Part shown: piece after piece, positions 9,046 through 18,697 of the stretch
Layout: each line of letters opens with the position of its first letter
How positions within the stretch are numbered: position 1 is the first letter of the stretch
NCBI GenBank assembly: GCA_965207305.1
Contig: CBDBMB010000002.1
Location: forward strand, 193,777 to 257,776
Direction of reading: 5' to 3'
From: Dehalococcoidia bacterium
GTDB lineage: Bacteria; Chloroflexota; Dehalococcoidia; Lucifugimonadales; JAGWBF01
DNA: 64,000 nt
Made by a program: the position numbers and the translations under genes
Notes under the pieces: model-generated
The model's database searches: none
The model's input: the letters and a program-made list of their open reading frames with translations, nothing else
Told to the model about the DNA's origin: nothing

Positions 9046-10287
9046 TTACTTGCCGTTGGAGCCGACGGCCTTGATGGCCTCCTCGAAGGAGCTCATGGTG
9101 GGGGTTACGGGCAGGGGATGGACCACGTCCTCCACCGCCTCCTGGGTCTTGAGGCCGTTGCCCGTGATGTACGCTACAGTCAACTCGTCACGCTTGATGG
9201 CGCCGGTCTCGGCCAGGTACCGGAGACCGGATACCACGACGCCCCCGGCCGTCTCGGTGAATATCCCCTCGGTCTCGGCCAGGAGCTTCATCCCCTCGGC
9301 GACTTCCTCCTCGGGGACGGCGTAGCCCGTGCCCCTGGACTCGTGCAGGGTCTTCAGCGCGTAGATGCCGTCGGCGGGGTTGCCTATGGCCAGGGACTTG
9401 GCCACCGTGTTGGGCCTCACGGGCCGGACGACGTCCTCCTCGTCGTTGAACGCCTGCACGATGGGGGAGCAGCCCATCGCCTGGGTCAGGTGCATCCTGG
9501 TGTCCACGGGGCCGTCCACCAGGCCCAGGGAGGCGAACTCGTGGAAGCCCCTCCAAATCTTGGTGTACAGGGCGCCCGAGGCCCCGGGGACCACGCAGTG
9601 CTCCGGGAACCTCCATCCAAGCTGCTCGGCCACCTCGTACCCCAGGGTCTTGCTGCCCTCGGCGTAGTAGGGGCGCATGTTGATGTTGACGAAGGCCCAG
9701 GGGTAGTTGTCGGCCACCTCGCTGCACAGGCGGTTGACGTCGTCGTAGCTGCCGTCCACGGCTATTACGACAGGCGCGTAGATGGCGGCGCCCACGACCT
9801 TGCCCCGTTCCAGGTCCGAGGGCATGAACACCACGGCCTTCATGCCGGCGCGGGCCGCGTGGGCCGCCACGGCGCAGGCGAGGTTGCCGGTGGAGGCGCA
9901 GGCCAGGGTCTCGAACCCGAACTCGCGTGCCTTGGTGGCTGCGACGGAGACGACCCTGTCCTTGAAGGAGTAGGAGGGGTTGACGCTGTCGTTCTTAAGG
10001 TACAGGTTGTCCAGACCCAGCAGCTTGCCCAGGTTCTTCGACCTGACCAGGGGGGTGAAACCGGCGCCGATGTCCACCGCGTCGCCGGCGTCCACGGGCA
10101 GGAGGTCCTGGTAGCGCCAGATGGTAAGGGGTCCGCCCGCGACCCGCTCCCGGCTGACGGTGTTGCCTATCCCGTCGTAGTCGTAGTCCAGCTCCAGGGG
10201 ACCAAAACAGAAGTCGCAGACGTTGATGGGCTCGACGGGGTACTCTCTGCCGCATTCACGGCAACGGAGGCACTTTACGAATGACAC
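9046..10287 (-). CDS. thrC: Threonine-synthase-family PLP enzyme with an N-terminal zinc ribbon (ThrC, or a MetM-like O-phosphohomoserine-dependent enzyme)
   Basis: The zinc ribbon is CLRCRECG...VCDFC. The PLP lysine context is NPSYSFKDRVVSVA, with a glycine loop ASTGNLA. GTG start as in the track. Confidence 0.8.
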   Translation of the reverse strand: MSFVKCLRCRECGREYPVEPINVCDFCFGPLELDYDYDGIGNTVSRERVAGGPLTIWRYQDLLPVDAGDAVDIGAGFTPLVRSKNLGKLLGLDNLYLKNDSVNPSYSFKDRVVSVAATKAREFGFETLACASTGNLACAVAAHAARAGMKAVVFMPSDLERGKVVGAAIYAPVVIAVDGSYDDVNRLCSEVADNYPWAFVNINMRPYYAEGSKTLGYEVAEQLGWRFPEHCVVPGASGALYTKIWRGFHEFASLGLVDGPVDTRMHLTQAMGCSPIVQAFNDEEDVVRPVRPNTVAKSLAIGNPADGIYALKTLHESRGTGYAVPEEEVAEGMKLLAETEGIFTETAGGVVVSGLRYLAETGAIKRDELTVAYITGNGLKTQEAVEDVVHPLPVTPTMSSFEEAIKAVGSNGK

Positions 10288-10337
10288 GGTGTGAAAACCC
10301 GGTTGCTCGTCCTCTTTAGGCTGAAACAGTATTGCCG

Positions 10338-10366
10338 ATGGTAGCAGAGCCCCTATGGGATGTCAA
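10338..10366 (-). promoter_or_regulatory. Candidate sigma70 promoter for the thrC-like gene: TTGACA-17 bp-TACCAT
   Basis: On the minus strand the -35 TTGACA is at 10366..10361 and the -10 TACCAT at 10343..10338, with a 17-bp spacer. It lies about 50 nt upstream of the GTG start. Confidence 0.5.
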
Positions 10367-10452
10367 TAAAGCGTGGGCACTGCAACGGCACTGGGAAGAG
10401 CATCAGTTCTGGTATAATCAGGGAAAGAAAGTCTGGCGGAGGAGGTCGTGCA

Positions 10453-10833
10453 ATGGGAGCGACGCGCGTAACCGTGGCCATACGAAACCCCGCCGAACCC
10501 GAACGGGTGTGGCAAGGGCTCTTCCTGGTGGACACCGGGGCAACCGACTGCCTTGTGCCCCGGCAGCACCTGGAGTCCATCGGCCTGACCCCCAGGGCAC
10601 AGCGAACGTACGCTTTGGCCGACGGCAGCGAGGTCAAGCTGGACGTGACCGGCGGAGAAATAGCATTCATGGGAGAGTTCACCTGGGGGACCATCGTGTT
10701 CGGTGAGGAGGACGCCGAGCCCCTGCTGGGCGTCACCGCGCTGGAGTCGGTGGGAATAGAAGTGGACCCCCGCAACCAGACCCTCAAGCGACTTCCCGCG
10801 GTGCTCCTCAGGGGATTCCGGCCCCGGGCATAG
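10453..10833 (+). CDS. Retropepsin-like (clan AA) aspartic protease
   Basis: FLVDTGATDCLVP carries the D-T/S-G-A active-site motif. Size is about 126 aa. Start at ATG 10453, preceded by GGAGG. An extended -10 (TGgTATAAT) is at 10410..10418. Confidence 0.7.
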   Translation: MGATRVTVAIRNPAEPERVWQGLFLVDTGATDCLVPRQHLESIGLTPRAQRTYALADGSEVKLDVTGGEIAFMGEFTWGTIVFGEEDAEPLLGVTALESVGIEVDPRNQTLKRLPAVLLRGFRPRA

Positions 10834-10916
10834 CCCCACGGCCGCAGGTTGACTGTTCGCCGGTCCCGCTTGCGTACAGGCTACCGCGGTGCGGTGAGGG
10901 ACTGAACGACAAACAA

Positions 10917-10959
10917 GGGGGTCGCGGCAGCGAACTGCCGCGACCCCCTCTCTTTGGTT
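10917..10959 (+). terminator. Rho-independent terminator after the aspartic-protease gene
   Basis: Perfect 14-bp stem GGGGGTCGCGGCAG-CGAA-CTGCCGCGACCCCC (10917..10948), followed by TCTCTTTGGTT. Confidence 0.65.
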
Positions 10960-11039
10960 CGGTAGGGTGCCCGGAGCCGTTTGGCCTCCGGGCCCTCTCC
11001 AATCACAAGGGGGAGAGGGCCCGACGGGCCGGCCCCGGA

Positions 11040-11507
11040 CTAGGACTTGGAGCCCTCCAGGGCATTGACGTTGATCTCGAGGCTCCTCTTCCCGGCCTGC
11101 TCCGCCCTGGGTATCCTGACGGTGAGGACACCGTTCTCGTATGTGGCCTCGGCCTCGTCGGTGTTCAGACCCTTGGGCAGTCGCACCACGCGGCGGAACT
11201 TCCCGAAGCGGTGCTCGCGGTGGAGGTACTCCTCCTGCTTGACCTCTTCCTCCAGGGCGCTCTTGGCCTCGATGGTGAGGGTGTTGTCCGTGATGGACGC
11301 GTCCACGTCCTCGGGCTTCACGCCCGGCAGGGTGGCGCGGACCACCAGGTTGTCCCCCTCCTCGTATACGTCGACGGCTACGGGACCGAAGTAGCTGGCC
11401 ACGGGCCGGCGGGAGTAGGTCCGCGGGAAGGCCCTCCGCCAGAAACGGTCGAGCTCGCTTTCGCCTCGCCTGAAGTCCCCGAATGGCTCCCATCGCTTCA
11501 GCAACAT
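11040..11507 (-). CDS. Hsp20/alpha-crystallin small heat-shock protein
   Basis: The alpha-crystallin domain is VDVYEEGDNLVVRATLPGVKPEDVDASITDNTLTIEA...FGKFRRVVRLP...ATYENGVLTVRIP. Start at ATG 11507 with GGAGGAG upstream. Confidence 0.9.
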   Translation of the reverse strand: MLLKRWEPFGDFRRGESELDRFWRRAFPRTYSRRPVASYFGPVAVDVYEEGDNLVVRATLPGVKPEDVDASITDNTLTIEAKSALEEEVKQEEYLHREHRFGKFRRVVRLPKGLNTDEAEATYENGVLTVRIPRAEQAGKRSLEINVNALEGSKS

Positions 11508-11559
11508 GTTGTGTCTCCTCCTCTTTTCCTGATAAGGCTTGGATGACCTTTCAAGGCCT

Positions 11560-11588
11560 ATTATAGAAACTTGAGTGTAACTTGTCAA
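11560..11588 (-). promoter_or_regulatory. Perfect-consensus sigma70 promoter for hsp20: TTGACA-17 bp-TATAAT
   Basis: The minus strand reads TTGACA (11588..11583), then agttacactcaagtttc (17 nt), then TATAAT (11565..11560). It lies about 50 nt upstream of the hsp20 ATG. Confidence 0.7.
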
Positions 11589-11589
11589 G
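11570..11589. promoter_or_regulatory. HAIR-like inverted repeat (candidate HspR operator)
   Basis: The sequence is CTTGAGT-GTAACT-TGTCAAG. The HAIR consensus I recall is CTTGAGT-N7-ACTCAAG. The right half-site coincides with the hsp20 -35 box, and hspR is encoded 1 kb away. Confidence 0.55.
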
Positions 11590-11639
11590 TTAATGATTGC
11601 TGACTAGTAGCAATAGATGATGCTATACATAATAGATAA

Positions 11640-11669
11640 TTGACAGTCATACCTTATATAGGGTATCAT
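11640..11669 (+). promoter_or_regulatory. Candidate sigma70 promoter for the dnaJ-like/hspR/clpC-like operon: TTGACA-18 bp-TATCAT
   Basis: TTGACA is at 11640..11645 and TATCAT at 11664..11669. The spacer contains the inverted repeat ATACC-N8-GGTAT (11649..11666). Confidence 0.45.
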
Positions 11670-11688
11670 TGCCGTAGCAGGTGTGACT

Positions 11689-12600
11689 ATGGCGCGGACT
11701 GAAGACTTCTACTCGCTGCTGGGCGTTTCCCGGGATGCGTCGGACAAGGACATAAGGCAGGCCTACAGGAAGCTGGCCCGTCAGCTCCATCCCGACGTGA
11801 ACCCCGGGAACAAGGAGGCCGAGGAGAGGTTCAAGCAGGTAAACGAGGCCCACGAGGTCCTCTCTGACCCGGAGAAGCGTCGTAAGTACGACGCCTACGG
11901 CCACGATTGGAAGCATGCCGACGACATCGAGCGGGCCCGGGCCTCCCAGGGCGGCGGGTTCGACCACTGGTTCGCCGAGGGGCGGGTGCCGGGCGACGCC
12001 TTCGGGTTTGGGGGCGTGTCCACCGGGAACCTCTTCGACGACCTGTTCTCCGGCGGCGGGCACCGGGGGTTCGCCCGGGCGGCGGTGCGGTACCCGGTGG
12101 AGGTGAGCCTGGACGAGGCCTTCCGCGGTACCACCAGGCGAATCCGGATATCGGACCCCGGCGAGGCGGAAGGCGGGCAGAGCCTGGAGGTGAAGGTGCC
12201 GCCGGGGGTCGACACGGGGTCGACGATACACCTGTCTCGGGGCAACGGCCGCCGCCCGGACGTCAATCTTGAGGTGACGGTACGCTCCCACCCCGGCTTC
12301 CGGCGCTCGGGGTCCGACCTGTACACCGACGTGCAGGTCCCCCTGGAGGACCTGGTGCTGGGGGCGGAGGTGCCCGTCACGACCCTCAAGGGCAAGGTCA
12401 TGCTGACGGTGTCGCCCGAGACCCAGAACGGGCAGACCTTCCGGCTGGCGGGCCAGGGGATGCCCCAGCTTGGCAATCCCAAGGACCGGGGCGACCTGTA
12501 CGCAACAGTCAGAGCGGTGCTGCCCAGTGAGCTGACCGACCGGGAGCGGGAGCTCTTCGAGGAGCTCAGGCGTATCCGGTCGGGCATGGAGGCGATCTAA
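11689..12600 (+). CDS. DnaJ-class co-chaperone without the Cys-rich zinc-finger domain (CbpA-like)
   Basis: The J domain is [35 protein letters not shown] with the HPD motif. A Gly-rich linker and DnaJ C-terminal domains follow. There are no CxxCxGxG repeats. Confidence 0.85.
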   Translation: MARTEDFYSLLGVSRDASDKDIRQAYRKLARQLHPDVNPGNKEAEERFKQVNEAHEVLSDPEKRRKYDAYGHDWKHADDIERARASQGGGFDHWFAEGRVPGDAFGFGGVSTGNLFDDLFSGGGHRGFARAAVRYPVEVSLDEAFRGTTRRIRISDPGEAEGGQSLEVKVPPGVDTGSTIHLSRGNGRRPDVNLEVTVRSHPGFRRSGSDLYTDVQVPLEDLVLGAEVPVTTLKGKVMLTVSPETQNGQTFRLAGQGMPQLGNPKDRGDLYATVRAVLPSELTDRERELFEELRRIRSGMEAI

Positions 12601-12954
12601 GTGACTACCCAAAGACCGGTGGACGACGAGCCGTGCTACGTAATCAGCGTGGCGGCGCGCATGGTGGGTGTCCACGCTCAGACGCTGAGGTACTACGAGA
12701 GGGTGGGGCTGGTGCGGATTCCCCGTTCCCAGGGGAGGCGCCGCCTCTACTCTCCCAGCGACATAGCCAATCTGAAGCGCATCAAGGCGTTGACCGAGGA
12801 CCTGGGCATCAACCTGGCGGGGGTGGAGGTCGTCCTCAAGCTGATGACGCGCATCAACCAGCTGGAGAAGAGGAACCAGCAGCTAGTGGACGAGGTTGGC
12901 AGGCTCCGGTCTGCCCTCGCCTCCGGGGCCGAGGAGAGTCACGTCCGGGCGTAG
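12601..12954 (+). CDS. hspR: MerR-family heat-shock repressor HspR
   Basis: YVISVAARMVGVHAQTLRYYERVGLV.P.RS.G..RLYS..DI..L..I..L is a MerR helix-turn-helix typical of HspR. The gene follows the dnaJ-like gene with no gap (TAA then GTG). Confidence 0.8.
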   Translation: MTTQRPVDDEPCYVISVAARMVGVHAQTLRYYERVGLVRIPRSQGRRRLYSPSDIANLKRIKALTEDLGINLAGVEVVLKLMTRINQLEKRNQQLVDEVGRLRSALASGAEESHVRA

Positions 12955-13008
12955 TCACGCCGTGGCCTCTCGGCCGCCGTCAGACCGCAGCAGGAGGTAG
13001 ACGAGAAG

Positions 13009-15453
13009 ATGTTGACACCAGAGAAATTCACGGAGCAGGCACAGCAGGTGCTGTCCCACTCCCAGGAGATCGTCCGAAAGTTCAAACACAGCCAGTGGGA
13101 TGTCGAGCACGTCCTGCTGTCCCTCCTGGAGCTGGAGCAGGGCTTGCCCCAGGACATCCTGAAGGAGCTGGACGTTTCGGCCGATGCGGTCAAGGACGAG
13201 CTGCGGGAGGCGCTGGATCGGTCGCCGAAGGTGGTCAACGAGTCCACCGCCATCTATGCCACTCCCAGGGCGGGCCGCCTGCTGGAGAACGCCAGGGTCG
13301 AGGCCGAACGCATGAAGGACGAGTTCATCGGCACCGAGCACCTGCTGATAGGGGCGACCCTCGAGCGGGAGGGGGAAACGGCCCGGATCCTGGGCGCCCA
13401 CGGCCTGGACCAGGAGAAGGTGTACCGCGCCCTGATGCAGATAAGGGGCAGCCACCGGGTCACCGACCCCCGCGCCGAGAGCAAGTACCGCTCCCTGGAG
13501 CGGTACAGCGTCGACCTCACGGAGCTGGCGCGCCAGGGAAAGCTGGACCCCGTGGTGGGCCGGGACGAAGAGATCCGGCGCGTCATGCAGACTCTCACGC
13601 GGCGCAAGAAGAACAACCCGGTGATCATAGGAGAGGCCGGCGTGGGCAAGACGGCCATTGCCGAGGGTCTGGCCCAGCGCATCATGGTCGGCGACGTGCC
13701 GGACGTGCTCAAGGACCGGCGGGTGCTGGCGTTGGACATGGGCGCCCTGGTGGCGGGCAGCCAGTTCCGGGGCCAGTTCGAGGAGCGCTTGAAGGCCGTA
13801 ATGGACGAGGTGAAGAGCGCCCAGGGTGAGGTGATCCTGTTCATCGACGAGATACACACCGTCGTGGGCGCCGGCGGGGCCGAAGGGGCCATCGACGCCA
13901 GCAACCTTCTGAAGCCGGCGTTGCAGCGGGGAGAGCTCCAGTGCATCGGCGCGACCACCATCCAGGAGTACCGGCGGTACATCGAGAAGGACTCGGCCCT
14001 GGAGAGGCGGTTCCAGGCCGTGTACCTGGAGGAACCCACTGTCGACGACACCGTGGAGATCCTGCGGGCCCTGAGGCCCAGGTACGAGGCCCATCACAAG
14101 GTGCAGATAGAGGACTCGGCCCTGGTCGCGTCTTCACGCCTGAGCCACCGGTACATCGCCGACCGCCGCCTGCCCGACAAGGCGGTGGACCTTATCGACG
14201 AAGCGGCCAGCAAGCTGCGCATCGACGTGGAGAGCCTGCCGGCCGCGCTGAAGTCGAGGGAGAGGCGGATACAGGAGCTGGCCAACGAGGAGGAGGCCGC
14301 CGCCCAGCGGTCGGAGTACGAGGAGGCGGCGCGGCTCAGGACCGACCGCCTTCGCCTGGAGGAGGACTACAACCGGGACCGGGACGACTGGCTGAAGGAC
14401 AACAAGACCGACATGATAGTGGACGAGGCGGACATCGCCGGCCTCATCTCCAAGTGGACCGGCATACCGGTGTCCAACCTTCTGGAGGGGGAGGCCCAGC
14501 GTCTACTGCACATGGAGGAGAGCCTGCACGAGCGGGTGGTGGGCCAGGACAAGGCGGTGGTCGCCGTCGCCGAGGCGATACGGCGGTCGAGGTCCGGGCT
14601 GAGCGACCCGAAGCGGCCAATAGGCAGCTTCATCTTCCTCGGACCCACCGGGGTGGGCAAGACGGAGCTGGCCCGGGCCCTGTCCGAGTTCCTGTTCGAC
14701 GACGAGGCCAACATGATCCGGATCGACATGTCCGAGTACATGGAGAAGCACACCGTGTCGCGCCTCATCGGAGCGCCGCCTGGCTACGTGGGATTCGACG
14801 ACGGGGGGCAGCTCACCGAGGCGATACGACGTCATCCCTTCAGGGTGGTGCTGTTCGACGAGATCGAGAAGGCCCATCCCGAGGTGTTCAACCTCCTGCT
14901 GCAGGTGCTGGAGGACGGGCGGCTCACCGACGGCCATGGCCGCACGGTCGACTGCCGCAACACGGTGGTCATCATGACCAGCAACCTGGGCACGGGCGAA
15001 GCCGGCCGGCAGGCCTTCGGGTTCCGCAGCGACGGGAGGGAGGCCGTGGACGACCAGCGCCTCCGGGAGTCGGTCCAGGACGCGCTGAAAAGGGCGTTCC
15101 GGCCCGAGTTCCTCAACCGAATCGATGAGATCATCATCTTCGACCCGCTCACCCAGGAGCAGATCGAGAGCATCGTGGGCCTGATGGCCGCCGAGGTGTT
15201 GCAGCGGCTGGAGGACCGGCAGATCACTTTCGAGCTGGACGCCGGGGCGGTCAAGTGGCTGGCCCAGGAGGGGTTCGACCCGACCTACGGCGCCAGGCCC
15301 ATACGCCGGGCCGTGCGCAGGTATCTGGAAAACCCCCTGTCCACGGCGATCCTGACCGGGGAGTTCAAGGCCGGGGACCACGTGTACGTGGAGGCGGGGG
15401 GCGACGGGCTGACCTTCACCAAGGCCGCCGTCGCCTCGGCCACCGCCGCCTAG
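13009..15453 (+). CDS. clpC: Clp/Hsp100 AAA+ ATPase, ClpC-type (two NBDs, short UVR-like middle domain)
   Basis: Features seen: Clp_N repeats, Walker A GEAGVGKT and GPTGVGKT, and a short M-domain with a UVR-like motif [17 protein letters not shown]. At 814 aa it is shorter than ClpB. The FGF loop could contact ClpP. Confidence 0.8.
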   Translation: MLTPEKFTEQAQQVLSHSQEIVRKFKHSQWDVEHVLLSLLELEQGLPQDILKELDVSADAVKDELREALDRSPKVVNESTAIYATPRAGRLLENARVEAERMKDEFIGTEHLLIGATLEREGETARILGAHGLDQEKVYRALMQIRGSHRVTDPRAESKYRSLERYSVDLTELARQGKLDPVVGRDEEIRRVMQTLTRRKKNNPVIIGEAGVGKTAIAEGLAQRIMVGDVPDVLKDRRVLALDMGALVAGSQFRGQFEERLKAVMDEVKSAQGEVILFIDEIHTVVGAGGAEGAIDASNLLKPALQRGELQCIGATTIQEYRRYIEKDSALERRFQAVYLEEPTVDDTVEILRALRPRYEAHHKVQIEDSALVASSRLSHRYIADRRLPDKAVDLIDEAASKLRIDVESLPAALKSRERRIQELANEEEAAAQRSEYEEAARLRTDRLRLEEDYNRDRDDWLKDNKTDMIVDEADIAGLISKWTGIPVSNLLEGEAQRLLHMEESLHERVVGQDKAVVAVAEAIRRSRSGLSDPKRPIGSFIFLGPTGVGKTELARALSEFLFDDEANMIRIDMSEYMEKHTVSRLIGAPPGYVGFDDGGQLTEAIRRHPFRVVLFDEIEKAHPEVFNLLLQVLEDGRLTDGHGRTVDCRNTVVIMTSNLGTGEAGRQAFGFRSDGREAVDDQRLRESVQDALKRAFRPEFLNRIDEIIIFDPLTQEQIESIVGLMAAEVLQRLEDRQITFELDAGAVKWLAQEGFDPTYGARPIRRAVRRYLENPLSTAILTGEFKAGDHVYVEAGGDGLTFTKAAVASATAA

Positions 15454-15465
15454 AGGCCCCGGTCT

Positions 15466-16851
15466 CTAGTACAGCTTTCCCGGGTTCATGATGTTGTCGG
15501 GGTCCAGAGCGGCCTTGATGGCCCTCGCCACGTCGAAGCCTTGGCCCATCTCCCTGGACAGGAGATGGGCCAGCTTTATCCCGACCCCGTGACAGTACTC
15601 CATCGCCCCGCCCATGTCCTGGGCCAGGACCAGTATTCGGTCCACGGTCTCGCCCAAACGGCGCAGGTCGGCTTCGGCAGAGTCGCCGTCGGGCACCAGG
15701 AGCAGGGAGAACAGCTCCGGCCTGGTCCAGATGGCGTACTCGACAGCCCTGGCTCCACCGGCGGCGAGAATGCCGTCGCACTCGCGCCTGAAGGGCAGCA
15801 CCCTGGACGTGGGGAGCGCCACGTGGAGGTAGTCGAAGCTCCTGCCGTGGCGGCCCCAACGCACCTGCCGGGGCTGTCCCAGCATGTCCCGTTTGTAGCT
15901 CTCCCCGGCCCGGTGGCGGGTGCGCCAGTAGGACACGGTCTCCGAAGGGCCGATGTCCTTGCCTCCGAAGGTCCGGCAGACCCCAAGGGACCTGGCTTCG
16001 GCGGCGTCGACACCCTCGGAGTATCCCTCGTACGTCATGAACAGCCGGACGCCCGAGCCGTCCTCCTCGGAGAGGTCCACAAGGGATGGCTTCAGGCCCA
16101 GGGCGAAGAGCTCGGCCACGGCTTCGAATCCCCTGTCGAAGTCGGGGAAAGCCATGGTGGCGAAGGCGCGCTTCTCGGGCTCCCGCCAGACGCGGAGGGT
16201 GGCCCTGGTGATTATGCCGAAGACGCCTTCCGAGCCGATGAACAGGTGGTTCAGGTTGGGTCCCGCCGAGTATTTGGGGACGGCCCTGGTGGCCAGCGTC
16301 TCGCCCGACGGCAGCACCACCTCCAGTCCCAGGACCTGGTCCCCCATGGGACCGTGGCTGGCCCCCAGGTACCCGACCCCGTTGGTGGAGATGGCGCCGG
16401 CGACGGTGGCTATTGGCACGCTCCACGGGTCGTGGCCCAGCATCATTCCGCGGTCCTTCAGGGCCCGGGACAGGTCCTCCAGGACCACGCCGGCCTCGAC
16501 CGTCGCCGTCAGGTCCGTCGGGTTGATATCGACGATGCGGTCGAGGCCCTTCATGTCGATGACGATGCCGCCCTGGATGGGCGCAGCCGCGCCCATGACG
16601 CCGGTGCCGCCGCCGTAGGGAACGACGGGGACCCGGTGTTGCCTGGCGAGCTTCACCACCTGGGCCACCTGGTCTGCCGACCGGGGTACGACCACCACGT
16701 CGGCCATGCGCTCCAGCACTGCGGCGCCGGAGAAGACCCGGGCGGGGGAGAGGGCGTCGGCGGAGTACCGGTCCAGGTCGGGTAGGTCCGTGAGCACGTT
16801 CGCCGCGCCCAAGAGCCGGACCAGGGATGGGATCAGGTCGCTGGGAAGCAT
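15466..16851 (-). CDS. FAD-binding (PCMH-type) oxidoreductase, GlcD / alkyl-DHAP-synthase-like
   Basis: The FAD_binding_4 pattern is VVVPRSADQVAQVVKLARQHRVPVVPYGGGTGVMGAA. The C-terminal FAD-oxidase_C tail is HGVGIKLAHLL...LDPDNIMNPGKL. Confidence 0.8.
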   Translation of the reverse strand: MLPSDLIPSLVRLLGAANVLTDLPDLDRYSADALSPARVFSGAAVLERMADVVVVPRSADQVAQVVKLARQHRVPVVPYGGGTGVMGAAAPIQGGIVIDMKGLDRIVDINPTDLTATVEAGVVLEDLSRALKDRGMMLGHDPWSVPIATVAGAISTNGVGYLGASHGPMGDQVLGLEVVLPSGETLATRAVPKYSAGPNLNHLFIGSEGVFGIITRATLRVWREPEKRAFATMAFPDFDRGFEAVAELFALGLKPSLVDLSEEDGSGVRLFMTYEGYSEGVDAAEARSLGVCRTFGGKDIGPSETVSYWRTRHRAGESYKRDMLGQPRQVRWGRHGRSFDYLHVALPTSRVLPFRRECDGILAAGGARAVEYAIWTRPELFSLLLVPDGDSAEADLRRLGETVDRILVLAQDMGGAMEYCHGVGIKLAHLLSREMGQGFDVARAIKAALDPDNIMNPGKLY

Positions 16852-16868
16852 GGCCCTGGGAGGTGTGG

Positions 16869-18218
16869 CTACCGGTACGTCCAGGTGGAGCCGCCCGCGC
16901 CGTCCTCCACAGCCACTCCAAGGTCGGTAAGCCGGGAGCGTATCTCGTCGGCAAGCTGGTACTGTTTGGCCGTCCTCAGCGTCGTGCGTATCTCCACCAG
17001 CAGGTCGATGAAGGGGCTTCCATCGTCACGGCCCTGGTCCGAAGGCTGCTCGAAGGTCAGTCCCAGGACGCCCCCGAGGGACCTGAGGGCATCCTGGGCA
17101 TGGCCCAGGGCCAACCCCGACTCCCTGCCCCGGTTGATGGCCCGTGCCAGGTCGAAGAGCGCGGCCAGTGCCTGGGGAGTGTTCAGGTCCGAGTCCATGG
17201 CCTCCAGGAAGCGGGTCTTGAAGGGGGCTGGATCCAGGACCTCCCCGCCGTCGGCCCCGTCGTGGCGCAGGGCGTTGCGAAGGCGGTCCGTGGAGGGAAG
17301 GCCCGTGTCGTTGTATGTCAGGGGGCTCCGGTAGTGGGAGCTGAGAAAGAAGATGCGCAGCGTGTCGGGGCTGTATCGGCGCAGGCTCTCCTGGAGCGAG
17401 ACCAGGTTGCCCAGGGACTTGCTCATCTTGTCATGGCCCATGTGGAGAAGGCCGTTGTGCACCCAGTGGCGGGTGAAGGGCTCCTTGCCGGTGTAGGCCT
17501 CGCTCTGGGCCGTCTCGTTCTCGTGGTGGGGGAAGACCAGGTCCTGGCCACCGCCGTGGATGTCCAGGGTCTCTCCCAGGTAGCTGAGGGCCATGGCGGT
17601 GCACTCGATGTGCCAGCCGGGCCTGCCGGGCCCCCAGGGGCTCTCCCATGACGGCTCCCCGGGCTTTGCCCCCTTCCAGAGGACGAAGTCCATGGGGTTC
17701 TCCTTGGACGGGTCCACCTCCACCCTGGCGCCCGCCATCATCCCGTCCAGGGTCCTGTGGCTCAGCTTGCCGTACATGGGCGACCTGCTGACCCGGAAGT
17801 ATACGTCGCCGTCGGAGGGGTAGGCGTATCCCTTGTCGATGAGGGAGCCGGTCACCTCGATGATCTTGGGTATCTCCCGGGTGGCCCTGGGATACACCGT
17901 TGCACGCTTCACGTTGAGGGCGTCCATGCTGCGCATATACTCGGCTATGTGCCTGTCGGCCAGCTCGTCGGGGGAAGTCCCTTCCTCCTGGGACCTCTGG
18001 ATGATCTTGTCATCCACGTCGGTGAAGTTCTGGACGTGCTGCACGTCGTGCCCGAGGTACTCCAGGTAGCGTCTCAGGACGTCGAAGATGACGTAGCTCA
18101 TGGCGTGGCCCAGGTGGCAGGGAGCGTACGGGGTGATGCCGCAGACGTACATCTTTACGACGTTCCCCGACGGGCGGAACTCCTCCAGCTCGCCGCTCAG
18201 GGTGTTGTAGAGCTTCAC
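16869..18218 (-). CDS. cysS: Cysteine--tRNA ligase
   Basis: MYVCGITPYAPCHLGHA carries the HIGH-type motif, KMSKSLGN is present, and the CysRS zinc-ligand contexts are seen. Confidence 0.95.
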   Translation of the reverse strand: MKLYNTLSGELEEFRPSGNVVKMYVCGITPYAPCHLGHAMSYVIFDVLRRYLEYLGHDVQHVQNFTDVDDKIIQRSQEEGTSPDELADRHIAEYMRSMDALNVKRATVYPRATREIPKIIEVTGSLIDKGYAYPSDGDVYFRVSRSPMYGKLSHRTLDGMMAGARVEVDPSKENPMDFVLWKGAKPGEPSWESPWGPGRPGWHIECTAMALSYLGETLDIHGGGQDLVFPHHENETAQSEAYTGKEPFTRHWVHNGLLHMGHDKMSKSLGNLVSLQESLRRYSPDTLRIFFLSSHYRSPLTYNDTGLPSTDRLRNALRHDGADGGEVLDPAPFKTRFLEAMDSDLNTPQALAALFDLARAINRGRESGLALGHAQDALRSLGGVLGLTFEQPSDQGRDDGSPFIDLLVEIRTTLRTAKQYQLADEIRSRLTDLGVAVEDGAGGSTWTYR

Positions 18219-18697
18219 GGGGTCTCCTCCAGGAGCGCCACGGCGTAGGCCGACATGCCCTCCTCCCTGCCCACGAAGCCCAGATGGTCCGTGGTGGTCG
18301 CCTTGATGCTGACGTTGGCGGGAGGGACGGAGATGGCGCCGCCGACCTTTTCCTTCATGGTGTCGATGAAAGGGCCCAGCCTGGGACTTTGAGCCAATAT
18401 TGTAGCATCAACGTTTACGACGCGCCAACGCGCCCGGGATAGAAGCCGGGCCACGGCGGCCAGGAGGCCCAGGCTGTCCGCCCCCTCGTACCGGGGATCG
18501 GAGGGCGGGAAATGGCTGCCCTTGTCTCCCAGGCCCGCGGCCCCCAGCAGAGCGTCCATGATGGCGTGGACCAGCACGTCGCCGTCGCTGTGGCCCGAGA
18601 GGCCCAGGTGGTGGGGAATCTCCACGCCGCCCAACACCAGGGCGCGCCCCTGGACCAGGGGGTGGGCGTCGAACCCGATGCCGACCCGGTCAGCCAT
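18215..18697 (-). CDS. ispF: 2-C-methyl-D-erythritol 2,4-cyclodiphosphate synthase
   Basis: GIGFDAHPL...GHSDGDVLVHAIMDALLGAAGLGD.G..FP is present. The gene overlaps cysS by 4 nt. Confidence 0.95.
   Translation of the reverse strand: MADRVGIGFDAHPLVQGRALVLGGVEIPHHLGLSGHSDGDVLVHAIMDALLGAAGLGDKGSHFPPSDPRYEGADSLGLLAAVARLLSRARWRVVNVDATILAQSPRLGPFIDTMKEKVGGAISVPPANVSIKATTTDHLGFVGREEGMSAYAVALLEETP

Noticed and set aside
10990-11022. The perfect 11-bp hairpin GGGCCCTCTCC-N11-GGAGAGGGCCC as the hsp20 terminator.
   Set aside because: The structure is real, but in the hsp20 (minus) orientation no U-tract follows. I keep it only as a possible bidirectional or Rho-assisted element and do not call it as a feature.
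11597-11613. TTGCT...AGCAA arms shared by the heat-shock spacer and the palindrome at 26738..26759, as sites for one regulator.
   Set aside because: The arm spacing differs (N7 versus N12) and only 5 nt are shared. That is too little to claim a common motif.
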